40,230 nucleotides of DNA from Hormoscilla sp. (GCA_051439505.1 JBFRWI010000195.1:1-40230); one strand, 5' to 3'. Shown: positions 26,844 through 38,173, counted from the stretch's first letter. Numbers and translations: made by a program. The notes: generated from the sequence alone by a model not told the origin.

Positions 26844-27962
26844 TCATAAAAGAAAGGTGAGCAGAAACAGCACGCCAGCTAAAGCGAATAGCAGGCCCAT
26901 CGCGGGGCGGATAGATTTATGCTTGGAGAGGATACCAATTGCTGATGGCACTACTAAGGCACCGAGAGTTCCGAAGATCCCCAGGAATCCGTAAACGCGG
27001 CTATATTCCGATGGGGGAAACTTGGCAAAAGTTATTCCTATAGTGGTAGGGGCGATCGGGCCCAAGGACAAACCCATTCCCAGAACAGCGATCGCACCGA
27101 CAGCGCGTTTGCTGTTGAGGATCATTAGTCCGACGATCGCCGCCACCACTAGAACCATTGCTTGCATAGCGATCCGGGTGTTTTCGGGAGTAATAAAGCG
27201 GGCAGCCACCAAGCTTCCTACCATAAAAGCCAACCAAAATAATGAAAACAGAATAGAAGCTCGTTTCTCATTCCAACCGACATCCTGCAAATATGTAGTT
27301 GTCCAATTTGCCATAGACAACTCCAGCGCCACAGCACAGAAGAAGACCAAAGCAGAGATCCAGATTTCCCCGTTCTTTATCAGTTCCAAAACAGTGGATG
27401 GATCTACATTACTCTGGATCTGAGGGTAGGAAGAGAGTAGAACTGGAACGACAAAGACCGCCATAACCATAGCCAATAGCTTCAAAGCGCCCCGGAAGCT
27501 GAGCAATTCAAACAGGTAGGCGAGTAGAAAAGGCAAAAGAAAAGCGCCTATACCAAAAAAGGCTCCGCCCAGATTGCTTGCGGATGCTGGGTTGTCAGGA
27601 TTGACTGCTGCTAATAGGGTATGGCCGCCGATATTGAGGCAACTACCGCTCAGACCTAGCCAACAAGATGCTATCTTTGCGGTGGAAAAATGCTTTGCCT
27701 GAGCAAACAGCCAGATAGCAGCAAGCAAAATCAAAAATCCCGCAGTCAGCACCAGTTGGTAACCGAAACGATCTTGAACGTAGTATCCGACCAAGATTGT
27801 CGAGAGTACCTTACTAGCTTGCAGTATAGCGATTAGCTGACCGATGTGGGCATCATCCAGCATCAGTTTTTGCGCCAGACGCAGCTTGATCGTACCCATA
27901 AACGCCGAGATGATGCCAAAGGTAAATATTGCCAATAAGGCGACATTAGATGCTGGATTCAA
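26844..27962 (-). CDS. MFS transporter (copy C)
   Basis: 372-aa paralog; TTG start after GGAGG. Confidence 0.9.
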   Translation of the reverse strand: MNPASNVALLAIFTFGIISAFMGTIKLRLAQKLMLDDAHIGQLIAILQASKVLSTILVGYYVQDRFGYQLVLTAGFLILLAAIWLFAQAKHFSTAKIASCWLGLSGSCLNIGGHTLLAAVNPDNPASASNLGGAFFGIGAFLLPFLLAYLFELLSFRGALKLLAMVMAVFVVPVLLSSYPQIQSNVDPSTVLELIKNGEIWISALVFFCAVALELSMANWTTTYLQDVGWNEKRASILFSLFWLAFMVGSLVAARFITPENTRIAMQAMVLVVAAIVGLMILNSKRAVGAIAVLGMGLSLGPIAPTTIGITFAKFPPSEYSRVYGFLGIFGTLGALVVPSAIGILSKHKSIRPAMGLLFALAGVLFLLTFLL

Positions 27963-28220
27963 TATTTTATTTCCTCCCGTTCGTAGTCAGCACGAAGATT
28001 GTTTTTCCCAAATCTAGGACTTGCATTAACACTTCTGCCTTCACCCTTAGCCCAGGAAATCATATTCTGGTCTTTCATGAAGATGTATTCGATTTGAATA
28101 CTACTCCTTTAACAGCAGCAAATTTCACTATCGTCTAAGATATTCCACAGAAAAAATTGGAGGCGATCGCCCTTCATATCCAGAAGTGCGATCGCCAGAT
28201 TTTTTCTGTATGACTTGCGA

Positions 28221-29381
28221 TCAACGCTTGGGTTTCTTCACCTCGATCGGTTTAATCGGCTCTTTGGGCTTAAACCCGTAACCGAGATTTAATTTCGCGA
28301 TCGAGGCATTTGCAGATTTTCTCACATTACCCACCGCATCTTTTAAGGCACGTTGCAGAAATGGAAGCACCTTGTCAGACTTAATCATCCCCAAAGCTTC
28401 CACAGCAGCTTGACGAACTTCTGGTTTGGGATCTTGACTTAACTTGCCCAAAGTCGGAATTAGTCGCTCAATTTCTGTTCTCATGCTATTAGATGCCGCA
28501 ATCTTACCCAATCCTGACGCCACTAATCTCCGCACATCCGCATTCTGATGATTAGTATATCTGGTTAACTGCCCGATCGATTTAGTTTTACCTGACTCTC
28601 CCCAGGCTGTTACATTCTGAGATAAATCTTCCGTAGCTGGGCTAGTTGGAGTCACCTCCTCTACAGGCGATCGGGTCTCTTTTTCCTCATCACTTTGCGC
28701 CAGTTCAGCTAACTGGGCTTGTTTCCACATAATCTCATATTGCTGTCCCAGATATTTAGTGATTTCTTGGCTCCATTCTTCTTGCCTCCTTTCTAAAGAG
28801 GCAATTTGCTGCCGACATGCTTCTAACTCCCTTTCATATTCAGCCAGCATTGATTTGCTTGTTGCGTCCCTTTCTTCCAAAGAGCTAATTTGCTGCCGAC
28901 TTGACTCTAACTCCCCCTCATATTCAGCCAGCATTGATTTGCTTGTTGTGTCCCTTTCTTCCAAAGAGCTAATTTGCTGCCGAATTGACTCTAACTCCCC
29001 CTCATATTCAGCCAGCATTGATTTGCTTGCTGCTTCCTTTTTTTCCAAAGAGGCCATTTGCTGCCGACATGCTTCTAACTCCCTCTCATATTGACTTTGC
29101 AAAGACCGACTGGTTGCATTAGTTCCTTCTAATTGAGCAATCATCTGGCGACTTTCCTGCAACTGACTCTCATAGTCCGATCGCAGAGATCCAATTGTTT
29201 GTTGCATCCGAGACTCATGATTTCTCTCTGCTTGCTCAATTGCCTGACGAGCTTGCTTATCCTGTTCGAGCATTTGCTTAGCCAGTCTTTTTTGCACTAA
29301 CCAGTAGGATATTGCTATTCCGGTAGCCAAACTGACAACCGCCGTCACAATTAAAATCCCTTCCATAAGCAATCCCTCCAT
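28221..29381 (-). CDS. membrane-anchored coiled-coil protein with C-terminal HEAT repeats
   Basis: N-terminal TM helix, 28-aa repeats, and DVRRLVASGLGKI, EVRQAAVEALG and NVRKSA HEAT-like units. Confidence 0.85.
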   Translation of the reverse strand: MEGLLMEGILIVTAVVSLATGIAISYWLVQKRLAKQMLEQDKQARQAIEQAERNHESRMQQTIGSLRSDYESQLQESRQMIAQLEGTNATSRSLQSQYERELEACRQQMASLEKKEAASKSMLAEYEGELESIRQQISSLEERDTTSKSMLAEYEGELESSRQQISSLEERDATSKSMLAEYERELEACRQQIASLERRQEEWSQEITKYLGQQYEIMWKQAQLAELAQSDEEKETRSPVEEVTPTSPATEDLSQNVTAWGESGKTKSIGQLTRYTNHQNADVRRLVASGLGKIAASNSMRTEIERLIPTLGKLSQDPKPEVRQAAVEALGMIKSDKVLPFLQRALKDAVGNVRKSANASIAKLNLGYGFKPKEPIKPIEVKKPKR

Positions 29382-29767
29382 ATTTACTTCAGATTACACC
29401 ACCACTCACATGCTTGACTCATAATGCAAAATTATTAATTTGATTTCGGCAATTGTCTAATTACGCAGTTGGAGACGTGATGTTCCGGGGAGTTCTCTTC
29501 CTCAGAAGCTCTGGTTTATCTGACATTTTCAATTTTGAACTCAAATGTGCCGGCGGTAATCCACGAGCCTGTATCCAACTCTTCTGCTTAACAAAACTTA
29601 ACCTATCGGCGTCGGGAGTCTGTCAGAGACCAGAGCCGATCTCCAGAGCCCCAAAAATAAAGATTTATAAAGGTCTGGTCTAATTTTGTAACTAACGACC
29701 CATCTTTGCTTAAAATATGAGTTTAAGTTCGCAGAGCGTATTTTAACCACAAACAGGAGAAGCGATT

Positions 29768-30250
29768 ATGGCCGATGCCAAAGATCTGGAGATGATTAAA
29801 CCTTATAACGGCGATCCCTTTGTGGGTCATCTGTCCACCCCGATCAGCGATTCTGAGTTTACCAAGGCTTTCATCGGTAATCTACCAGCCTACCGGCAAG
29901 GACTCTCTCCCATCCTGCGCGGACTGGAAATTGGCATGGCTCATGGCTATTTCCTCATTGGCCCTTGGACTAAGCTTGGTCCCCTGCGGGATTCAGAGTT
30001 CGCCAGCCTGGGGGGACTAATTTCAGCGATCGCTTTGATTCTGATCGCGACGGCCTGTATGTCCGCTTATGGCATAGTCTCTTTCCAAGGAGATAGTTCC
30101 TCCGAAACCGAACCGCTGCAAACCTCTGAAGGCTGGAGCCAGTTGGCGGGTGGTTTCTTTGTTGGTGCTATGGGCGGAGCCTTCGTGGCATTTTTCCTGC
30201 TGCAAAATCTTAGCGTCGTCGATGGCATCATGCGTGGGCTGTTCAACTAA
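29768..30250 (+). CDS. psaL: photosystem I subunit XI
   Basis: [22 protein letters not shown] and LGPLR; C-terminal GLFN. Confidence 0.98.
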   Translation: MADAKDLEMIKPYNGDPFVGHLSTPISDSEFTKAFIGNLPAYRQGLSPILRGLEIGMAHGYFLIGPWTKLGPLRDSEFASLGGLISAIALILIATACMSAYGIVSFQGDSSSETEPLQTSEGWSQLAGGFFVGAMGGAFVAFFLLQNLSVVDGIMRGLFN

Positions 30251-30532
30251 CTAGAGCGTCGGCTCATTTTACCGGGTTTCTTTTCGGGAAAATCAAGCTC
30301 AGAAACCCGGTTTCTGGTTTTCTGCTCGGATGTTCTAGACCCTGCTCTCAGTGTAATGCCAGACTTGGCTAAAACACTCATCTGTAGGTGCCTGATGGAG
30401 CGCGAACCTACCCAGCTGTGTGAAACGCTTCTCTTTTTTTGTTAAGACTTGTTATGACAGAAAAATAAGGGTACAAATTTCAAGTAAAATTCATTTTGAG
30501 ACGATGTAAATCTTGAGATAGGAAAACTTAAC

Positions 30533-30649
30533 ATGACAGGTTCATACGCAGCTTCATTTTTGCCCTGGATTCTGATCCCTGTAGTCACCTGGCTCCTGCC
30601 TGCTGTATGCATGGGTCTGTTATTTATCTACATTGAAAGCGACGCCTAA
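30533..30649 (+). CDS. psaI: photosystem I subunit VIII (below the ORF-track size cutoff)
   Basis: [38 protein letters not shown]. Confidence 0.95.
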   Translation: MTGSYAASFLPWILIPVVTWLLPAVCMGLLFIYIESDA

Positions 30650-30761
30650 TCCCAGTAGGCCCTGCGTCACCTAGACGATCGCGCCAATTCCCTGCCTTTG
30701 GGTGGGGAATTGTCTATTTCATAGTCTCATAGGCTCACCCCAAGAGCCGCAGATATCAATC

Positions 30762-30797
30762 AAAAAATCCCCCACCGTCAGGTGAGGGATTTTTTTT
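30762..30797. terminator. bidirectional terminator between psaI and psaB
   Basis: AAAAAATCCCCCACC-GTCA-GGTGAGGGATTTTTTTT. Confidence 0.8.
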
Positions 30798-30823
30798 AGT
30801 TACCTACAACACTAGGAGCCGGA

Positions 30824-33043
30824 TTAACCGAACTTCCCAGCCGTCGAGGCAATTAGAAATGCCGCGTAGGTGAGGACGTTGCCCACAGTGAAGTGAACCA
30901 GACCCACCAAGCGAGCTTGGACGATGGACAGAGCAACTGGCTTGTCCTTCCAGCGAACCAGGTTCGCCAGAGGAGTGCGCTCATGTGCCCAGACCAGAGT
31001 TTCGATCAACTCTTGCCAGTAACCACGCCAGCTGATCAGGAACATGAAGCTAGTTGCCCATACCAGGTGTCCCAACAGGAACATCCAGGCCCAGACAGAC
31101 AGATTGTTCGTTTCATAGGGGTTGTACCCGTTAATCAGCTGAGAGGAATTCAGCCAGAGGTAATCGCGGAACCAGCCCATCAGGTAGGTAGAAGACTCAT
31201 TGAACTGAGCCACATTACCTTCCCAGACCGCCAGATGCTTCCAGTGCCAGTAGAAGGTTAACCAAGCTACCGTGTTCAGCATCCAGAACATCGCCAGGTA
31301 GAAGGCATCCCAAGCAGAGATGTCGCAGGTGCCGCCCCGGCCAGGACCGTCGCAAGGGAAGCTGTAACCGAAGTCCTTCTTATCGGGCATCAGCTTGGAG
31401 CCGCGAGCATCCAGCGCACCCTTGACCAAGATCAGGGTGGTGGTGTGCAGACCCAGGGCGATCGCGTGGTGAACCAAGAAATCACCAGGGCCGATCGTTA
31501 AGAACAGAGAGTTGGTACCGCTGTTGATCGCGTCGAGCCACCCTGGTAGCCAGATGCCGTTGGCAGCTGAAGTCGCTATCCCGTCAGGATTAGACAACAG
31601 CACATCAAAGCCATACAGAGCTTTACCGGAAGCCGCTTGAATCCACTGAGCAAACACCGGCTCAATCAGGATTTGCTTCTCTGGAGTACCGAAAGCTACG
31701 ACCACATCGTTGTGAACGTACAGACCGAGAGTGTGGAAGCCCAAGAACAAGGAAACCCAGCTCAAGTGAGAGATCAACGCCTCCTTGTGCTCTAGCATCC
31801 GGGCCAACACGTTATTCTTGTTAGCTTCGGGATCGTAATCCCGCACAAAGAATATCGCACCGTGAGCAAAGGCCCCCACCATAATGAAGCACGCAATGTA
31901 CTGGTGGTGAGTGTACAGCGCCGCCATCGTGGTTTGGTCCTGAGCCAGGAAGGCGTAGGGCGGCAGGGCATACATATGCTGCGCCACCAAGGAGGTGACC
32001 ACACCCAGGGAAGCCAGTGCTAGACCCAACTGGAAGTGCAGGGAATTGTTGATCGTGTCGTACAGCCCCTTGTGACCTTCACCCAAAATCCCGCCAAAAG
32101 GCGTGCCCTTAGGGGGATTGTGGGCGCTCAGGATCTCCTTGATGCTGTGACCAATGCCCCAGTTGGTGCGGTACATGTGACCCGCCACGATGAAGATCAC
32201 TGCGATCGCCAGGTGGTGATGGGCCATATCCGTCAACCACAGGGACTCCGTTTGGGGATGGAAACCACCCAAGAAGGTCAGAATCGCCGTACCGGAGCCT
32301 TCGGCTGTCCCGAACAGGTGAGCTGCCGTATCTGGATTCTGGGCATAAACTCCCCAGTTTCCCGTAAAGAACGGAGCCAACCCAGCTGGGTGCGGCAGGG
32401 TACTCAGGAAGTTATCCCAACCCACATGCTGTCCCCGAGATTCAGGAATCGCCACGTGTACCAGGTGACCGGTCCAAGCCAAAGAACTGACACCGAACAG
32501 ACCAGCCAGGTGGTGGTTCAGACGAGACTCAGCATTCTTGAACCAGGACAAGCTGGGACGGAACTTCGGCTGCAAGTGCAGCCAGCCTGCGAACAGCATC
32601 ACCGACGCCAGCACCAAGAGGAAGATTGCCCCTTGATACAAATCGCCATTCGTCCGCATGCCGATGGTGTACCACCAGTGGTATACACCCGAGTAACAAA
32701 TATCTACCGGATTAGAAGCACCAGCTTGAGTGAACGCATCCACCGCTGGCTGCCCAAATTGAGGGTCCCAAATCGCGTGGGCGATCGGACGTATATTTAA
32801 CGGATCTTTAATCCACTGCTCAAAGTTACCTTGCCAGGCTACATGGAACAGGTTGCCCGAGGTCCACAGGAAAATGATCGCCAGGTGGCCGAAGTGGGAG
32901 GCAAAAATCTTTTGGTAAAGATTTTCCTCCGTCATGCCATCGTGGGTTTCGAAATCGTGAGCCGTCGCTATCCCGTACCAAATCCGACGAGTTGTCGGGT
33001 CCTGAGCGAGGTCTTGGCTAAACTTCGGAAATTTTGTTGCCAT
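30824..33043 (-). CDS. psaB: photosystem I P700 apoprotein A2
   Basis: [20 protein letters not shown] and [13 protein letters not shown]. Confidence 0.99.
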   Translation of the reverse strand: MATKFPKFSQDLAQDPTTRRIWYGIATAHDFETHDGMTEENLYQKIFASHFGHLAIIFLWTSGNLFHVAWQGNFEQWIKDPLNIRPIAHAIWDPQFGQPAVDAFTQAGASNPVDICYSGVYHWWYTIGMRTNGDLYQGAIFLLVLASVMLFAGWLHLQPKFRPSLSWFKNAESRLNHHLAGLFGVSSLAWTGHLVHVAIPESRGQHVGWDNFLSTLPHPAGLAPFFTGNWGVYAQNPDTAAHLFGTAEGSGTAILTFLGGFHPQTESLWLTDMAHHHLAIAVIFIVAGHMYRTNWGIGHSIKEILSAHNPPKGTPFGGILGEGHKGLYDTINNSLHFQLGLALASLGVVTSLVAQHMYALPPYAFLAQDQTTMAALYTHHQYIACFIMVGAFAHGAIFFVRDYDPEANKNNVLARMLEHKEALISHLSWVSLFLGFHTLGLYVHNDVVVAFGTPEKQILIEPVFAQWIQAASGKALYGFDVLLSNPDGIATSAANGIWLPGWLDAINSGTNSLFLTIGPGDFLVHHAIALGLHTTTLILVKGALDARGSKLMPDKKDFGYSFPCDGPGRGGTCDISAWDAFYLAMFWMLNTVAWLTFYWHWKHLAVWEGNVAQFNESSTYLMGWFRDYLWLNSSQLINGYNPYETNNLSVWAWMFLLGHLVWATSFMFLISWRGYWQELIETLVWAHERTPLANLVRWKDKPVALSIVQARLVGLVHFTVGNVLTYAAFLIASTAGKFG

Positions 33044-33062
33044 GTTTAAGTCCTTCTCGCTC

Positions 33063-35357
33063 TCATCCTACAGATATGATTCGAGCCAGGAAGAATGCCC
33101 ATGTCGTGACAATTCCTCCCAGGAGGTAGTGAGCTACCCCTACAGCCCGACCCTGAGTGATACTCAATGCCCGGGGCTGAATCGCTGGAGCTACCTTTAG
33201 TTTATTATGAGCCCACACAATCGACTCAATCAATTCTTGCCAGTAGCCACGGCCACTGAACAGGAACATCAGGCTAAAGGCAAAAACGAAGTGACCTGCT
33301 AGGAACATGATGCCGTAAGCCGACAACGCTGAACCGTAAGAGTTGATCACCTGGGACGCCTGAGCCCAAAGGAAGTCGCGCAACCAGCCATTGATGGTGA
33401 TGGCACTCTCAGCAAAGTTGCCATCAGTAATATGAGACACTGTACCATCTGGATCCAACGTACCCCATACATCTGACTGCATTTTCCAGCTGAAGTGGAA
33501 AATCACCACTGAGATACAATTGTACATCCAGAACAGACCTAAGAACACGTGGTCCCAAGCCGATACTTGGCAGGTGCCCCCACGTCCAGGTCCATCACAG
33601 GGGAACCGGAAGCCCAGGTTTGCCTTATCCGGAATCAGGCGAGAACTGCGGGCATAAAGCACGCCCTTGAGTAAAATCAACACCGTCACGTGAATCGTGA
33701 AGGCATGGATATGGTGAACCATGAAGTCTGCCGTACCCAGGGTAATTGGCATCATTGCGATCTTTTCGCCTACAGCCACCACATCACCGCCAAAAGCTGG
33801 GCTTACACTTGCTAGTGCATTTGGTGCTGTGTTACCCGGAGCTAATGTATGCAGGTTTTGCACCCACTGGGCAAAGATTGGCTGCAACTGAATCCCCGTA
33901 TCCGAGAACATATCTTGAGGACGACCGAAGGCACGCATCGTGTCGTTGTGGACGTACAGGCCAAAGCTATGGAAGCCCAACCATATGCAGACCCAGTTCA
34001 GGTGTGAGATGATCGCATCCCGGTGCCGGAGCACCCGATCTAGTAGGTTGTTCACATTTTTGGCTGGATCGTAATCGCGCACCATGAAGATCGCGCCGTG
34101 GGCCCCAGCTCCCACTACCAAGAATCCCCCGATCCACATGTGATGAGTGAACAGGGATAGCTGAGTTGGGTAGTCCGTAGCTATGTATGGATAGGGTGGC
34201 ATCGCATACATGTGATGGGCCACTATGATGGTCAGAGAACCCAACATTGCCAAGTTAACTGCCAACTGAGCGTGCCAAGATGTGGTCAGGATTTCGTACA
34301 GACCCTTGTGACCTTCACCTGTGAACGGTCCTTTGTGAGTCTCCAGAATTTCCTTCATGCTGTGGCCAATGCCCCAGTTCGTCCGGTACATGTGGCCTGC
34401 TATGATGAACAGCACCGCCAATGCCAAGTGATGGTGCGCTGTATCAGACAACCACAGGCCGCCTGTAGTAGGGTTCAGCCCACCATTGAATGTCAGGAAG
34501 TCTGAGTACACTCCCCAGTTCAAGGTAAAGAATGGGGTTAGGCCCTTGGCAAAACTCGGATACAAATCTGCCATCAAGCTAGTGTTGAAAAGCCACTCGT
34601 GAGGTAAAGGAATATCACCCACTGTCGAGATCACCTTCCCACCTATTGTCAGCGGCTTGCCCGCATCGATCGCATCCATGCAAGCGTTAATTGGCAGAGA
34701 AACATGTATCTGGTGACCTGCCCAGGACAGACAACCCAGACCCAGTAAGCCAGCCAAGTGGTGGTTCATCATCGACTCCACATTCTGGAACCATTCCAGT
34801 TTGGGAGCTGCTTTGTGATAGTGGAACCAACCCGCAAACAGCATCAGACCGGCCATCACTAGACCACCTATTGCTGTGGCCAGTAGCTGGGTCGAATTTG
34901 TAAAGCCTGAGGCACGCCATAGCTGGAATAGACCCGATGTGATCTGAATACCGTGGAAGCCACCGCCTACATCAGCATTCAAAATCCCTTGACCTACCAC
35001 CGGCCACACTACCTGCGCACTGGGCTTGATGCCCGTGGGGTCAGTCAACCAGGCTTCGTAATTGGAAAACTTAGCGCCGTGGAAATAAGCGCCACTTAGC
35101 CAGACAAAAATCACGGCTAGGTGACCGAAGTGAGCGCTAAATATTTTGCGAGATACATCTTCTAAGTCACTGGTGTGACTGTCAAAATCGTGAGCGTCGG
35201 CATGTAGGTTCCAAATCCAGGTTGTGGTTTTCGGACCCCGAGCTAAGGAGCGGTCAAAGTGTCCTGGTTTTCCCCACTTCTCAAATGAAGTTGGCACCGG
35301 ATCCTTATCGACTGCAACCCTTACCTTTGCCTCTTGCCCTTTTTGGGTTGTCGTCAT
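33063..35357 (-). CDS. psaA: photosystem I P700 apoprotein A1
   Basis: [12 protein letters not shown] and [13 protein letters not shown]. Confidence 0.99.
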   Translation of the reverse strand: MTTTQKGQEAKVRVAVDKDPVPTSFEKWGKPGHFDRSLARGPKTTTWIWNLHADAHDFDSHTSDLEDVSRKIFSAHFGHLAVIFVWLSGAYFHGAKFSNYEAWLTDPTGIKPSAQVVWPVVGQGILNADVGGGFHGIQITSGLFQLWRASGFTNSTQLLATAIGGLVMAGLMLFAGWFHYHKAAPKLEWFQNVESMMNHHLAGLLGLGCLSWAGHQIHVSLPINACMDAIDAGKPLTIGGKVISTVGDIPLPHEWLFNTSLMADLYPSFAKGLTPFFTLNWGVYSDFLTFNGGLNPTTGGLWLSDTAHHHLALAVLFIIAGHMYRTNWGIGHSMKEILETHKGPFTGEGHKGLYEILTTSWHAQLAVNLAMLGSLTIIVAHHMYAMPPYPYIATDYPTQLSLFTHHMWIGGFLVVGAGAHGAIFMVRDYDPAKNVNNLLDRVLRHRDAIISHLNWVCIWLGFHSFGLYVHNDTMRAFGRPQDMFSDTGIQLQPIFAQWVQNLHTLAPGNTAPNALASVSPAFGGDVVAVGEKIAMMPITLGTADFMVHHIHAFTIHVTVLILLKGVLYARSSRLIPDKANLGFRFPCDGPGRGGTCQVSAWDHVFLGLFWMYNCISVVIFHFSWKMQSDVWGTLDPDGTVSHITDGNFAESAITINGWLRDFLWAQASQVINSYGSALSAYGIMFLAGHFVFAFSLMFLFSGRGYWQELIESIVWAHNKLKVAPAIQPRALSITQGRAVGVAHYLLGGIVTTWAFFLARIISVG

Positions 35358-36310
35358 TGAGACTCTCCTCTCGTTCGACAGGCTTCGACAAGCAACGTTT
35401 TTTCCGTGAGAAAGAACGAGAACTTCTTATTCCCTCGGTTATTTACTGATGTTATCACTGCATCAGCTCTCAAGTAGCTTTTCGGGCTTTTTCCCGCGGC
35501 TTCTCCTGGGAGCGAGAACCTCCCGGACCCAAGATACACCGCGCAGACATTTTTTCTCACATCCTCAGTGCGATCGTCACACCTACAGATGGTATGGTAC
35601 TGCATTGCTTGCTTCCCACCACATGTCTGTTGACTCCGAAAGCCATCTGTACCACATGAGGGCTGTTAAGGGCCCTAGCATGAACCAGAGATTGAGTCTA
35701 CCCAGCCCTGGTGAATGGGCGAAGGTAACTCTTTCCATCATCTCATGCTATCAAACCAAGGCAAAAATATCAACAATTTCCCAAAATTACAGGTAATCTC
35801 AGAAAATCTTAAGGTTTTTGACCTCTGTATAGCCCAAGCGATACCAACACCCTTCGCCTCAGCGTGCGTATGAGCCAGTTGCAGTAACCCTTTGCTTGTC
35901 TAGTTTATATGACTTTCGCCAGACTGAGCGTTACTGCTAACTCTCTCGGTGTATGATTTTCGGTGCTTGTCAAGCATCATACCATATCGACAAAGGAACT
36001 TTGCGAACTCTTTCCATATTTTTTCTTATACACAATATAAATCTAGGTCTATCGAAGATTGCCGATGTTGCCGGGGGCTTATGGCTATACCATAAATCTC
36101 GACATCAAGTTACTGCACTGTGTTAAGAAATGTAAATTCTCCCCAATTTACACAGCTGATGTGGCAAGGAAAACTTCCATCTCACCAATTAGGGACTCAG
36201 GATTGAGAAAAAAGTCAAGACAGTAAAGTAACGGTTCTCTGAAGCTCCCTTACCTGGGAAAATGATTTGGTGAAGTCAAGGTTTGGAAGTCGGCAAAGGA
36301 GTATAAAGGA

Positions 36311-38173
36311 GTGTTTGGCATAAATTGGCGGTGGACTACGATACTCAGATTGTTTAGGTCCGGTATGGCAGTAATTCTGGTCTTGGGGGCTACCAGCTGT
36401 GGCGTTCGCCCAGAAATTCCCCCTAGTTATAGTAGTAGATATCCCGTCTGGCAGACCCAGCCAACAAAGATCGAGGAGGTTGCTCCTCCTCGGGTGATTC
36501 AAGAACTGCGACAGATATTGGAGGTCTACCAGCCCCAGGTAACCATTTTGAGTCCCCAACTGGATGAACTGTTCAATGACAGTACCGTTACAGTCGATCT
36601 AGCAGTAGAGGATCTGCCGTTGTTCAAAGATCCGCAGCTAGGACTGGGACCCCATCTGGAAGTCATCCTCGATAATCAGCCCCTAACCAGAATTTACGAT
36701 CTTAAAGTTCCAACTGTGTTGACAGATTTATCTCCGGGAACCCATACCCTGCGGGTTTTTGCGGACCGCCCCTGGGACGAGAGCTTCAAAAATGAGGGCT
36801 CCTACGCCCAAACTACCTTTCACATCTTTACTAAAACGGAGGACAACAACCCCGATCGGGCATTACCTCTGTTAACTTACAACAGTCCCAATGGCAGCTA
36901 TGGAGCGGAACCTATTCTGCTGGACTTCTATCTGAGTGGTGCCCCTCTACATCTGGTAGCTCAGGAATATCCCGACGACGATATCCTAGATTGGCGGATT
37001 CGCTGCACTATCAACGGTGAAAGCTTCTATCTAGACCAGTGGCAGCCTATCTATCTCAAAGGCTTTAAGCCTGGACAAAACTGGGTGCAACTAGAATTTA
37101 TTGATGAATTGGGTAGGAGCATCAAGAACGAATTCAATAATACAGTGAGGCTAATTACCTACCTCCCTGATGGCCAAGACACTCAATCCCGGTTGCTACG
37201 GGGAGAACTGACAGCAGCGGGATCGCAAGCTATTGTAGACCCTAGCTATACCCCCTCTTCTACCCCGGAAGAAGTAGCAGTTCCACCAGTAGATCCCACT
37301 GCACCGGCTGAATCAGAAAGCTCATCAGAGGTTGAAACTATTGCAGTCCCAGAGTCCCAACCAAAAGAGGCCGAACAACCAGAAAGCTCATCAGAGGCTG
37401 AAACTATTGCAGTCCCAGAGTCCCAACCAAAAGAGGCCGAACAACCAGAAAGTGTCTTCCCAGAGTCGTCGATAGAGACCTCAGCTACACAATCTCAATC
37501 CCAGAATATCTCTGAAGAAACTACCGCCTCAACTGAGGTAACACCATTAGTCGAGCCAGAATCTCCACTTGAGCCAGTATCGGAAACCCCTAAATCTAGC
37601 TTGTTGGAAGGATTATTGAGCCGCTTCCGGCGGACAGCACCGTCAGAAGTCACTGCGGCCCCCACTATCTCCGATGAAGCATCCCGAGAAGCAATTTCAC
37701 CATCAGTCTCAGAACCGGCATCTGAAGTCAGGCCAACATCAGAAACACCCTTATCTGGTGGATTCTTGCAAGGATTGTTGAACCTTTTCCGGCGGACAGC
37801 ACCGTCGGAAGTCACTTCCGCCCCTACCGTTTCCGATGATGCATCCCCAAAAGTAATTTCACCATCGTTGGTTGAAGAACAGATAACTGCTTCTGAAGAG
37901 ACACCGGCTATAGAAGAACAGATAACTGCTTCTGAAGAGACACTGGCTATAGAAGAACAGATAACTGCTTCTGAAGAGACACCGGCTATAGAGGTGACCC
38001 CATCAATGGATTCTGAGCAGACACCAGTTCGAGAGCAAACGTTGCAGGAGACCGAAAAGATCGCACCGCCTGCTTCTGTGACGGACGTCACAGAAGTGAA
38101 ACCATCGTTAGATCCCGGGTCGGCGCCAGTGAATGAACAGATATCCTCTCAGTCTCAAACAAATGCCGAGTAA
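36311..38173 (+). CDS. putative lipoprotein with acidic repeat-rich C-terminus
   Basis: Lipobox-like LGATSC; conserved-looking N-domain (GLGPHL, PGTHTLRVFA.RPW.ESFKN); E/S/P/T-rich tail with internal repeats. Confidence 0.8.
   Translation: MFGINWRWTTILRLFRSGMAVILVLGATSCGVRPEIPPSYSSRYPVWQTQPTKIEEVAPPRVIQELRQILEVYQPQVTILSPQLDELFNDSTVTVDLAVEDLPLFKDPQLGLGPHLEVILDNQPLTRIYDLKVPTVLTDLSPGTHTLRVFADRPWDESFKNEGSYAQTTFHIFTKTEDNNPDRALPLLTYNSPNGSYGAEPILLDFYLSGAPLHLVAQEYPDDDILDWRIRCTINGESFYLDQWQPIYLKGFKPGQNWVQLEFIDELGRSIKNEFNNTVRLITYLPDGQDTQSRLLRGELTAAGSQAIVDPSYTPSSTPEEVAVPPVDPTAPAESESSSEVETIAVPESQPKEAEQPESSSEAETIAVPESQPKEAEQPESVFPESSIETSATQSQSQNISEETTASTEVTPLVEPESPLEPVSETPKSSLLEGLLSRFRRTAPSEVTAAPTISDEASREAISPSVSEPASEVRPTSETPLSGGFLQGLLNLFRRTAPSEVTSAPTVSDDASPKVISPSLVEEQITASEETPAIEEQITASEETLAIEEQITASEETPAIEVTPSMDSEQTPVREQTLQETEKIAPPASVTDVTEVKPSLDPGSAPVNEQISSQSQTNAE

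Noticed and set aside
27950..28138. 62-aa plus-strand ORF ending LTAANFTIV
   Set aside because: It has no credible start. It may be the tail of a secreted RTX-type gene, but the evidence is too thin.
29768..35357. Far-red light (FaRLiP) photosystem I cluster
   Set aside because: psaL/psaI are convergent with psaAB, and no rfpABC, chlF or far-red apc genes are in the window.
30893..35796. Antisense and alternative-frame ORFs over psaA/psaB and other core genes
   Set aside because: They are shadow ORFs with no recognisable motifs.
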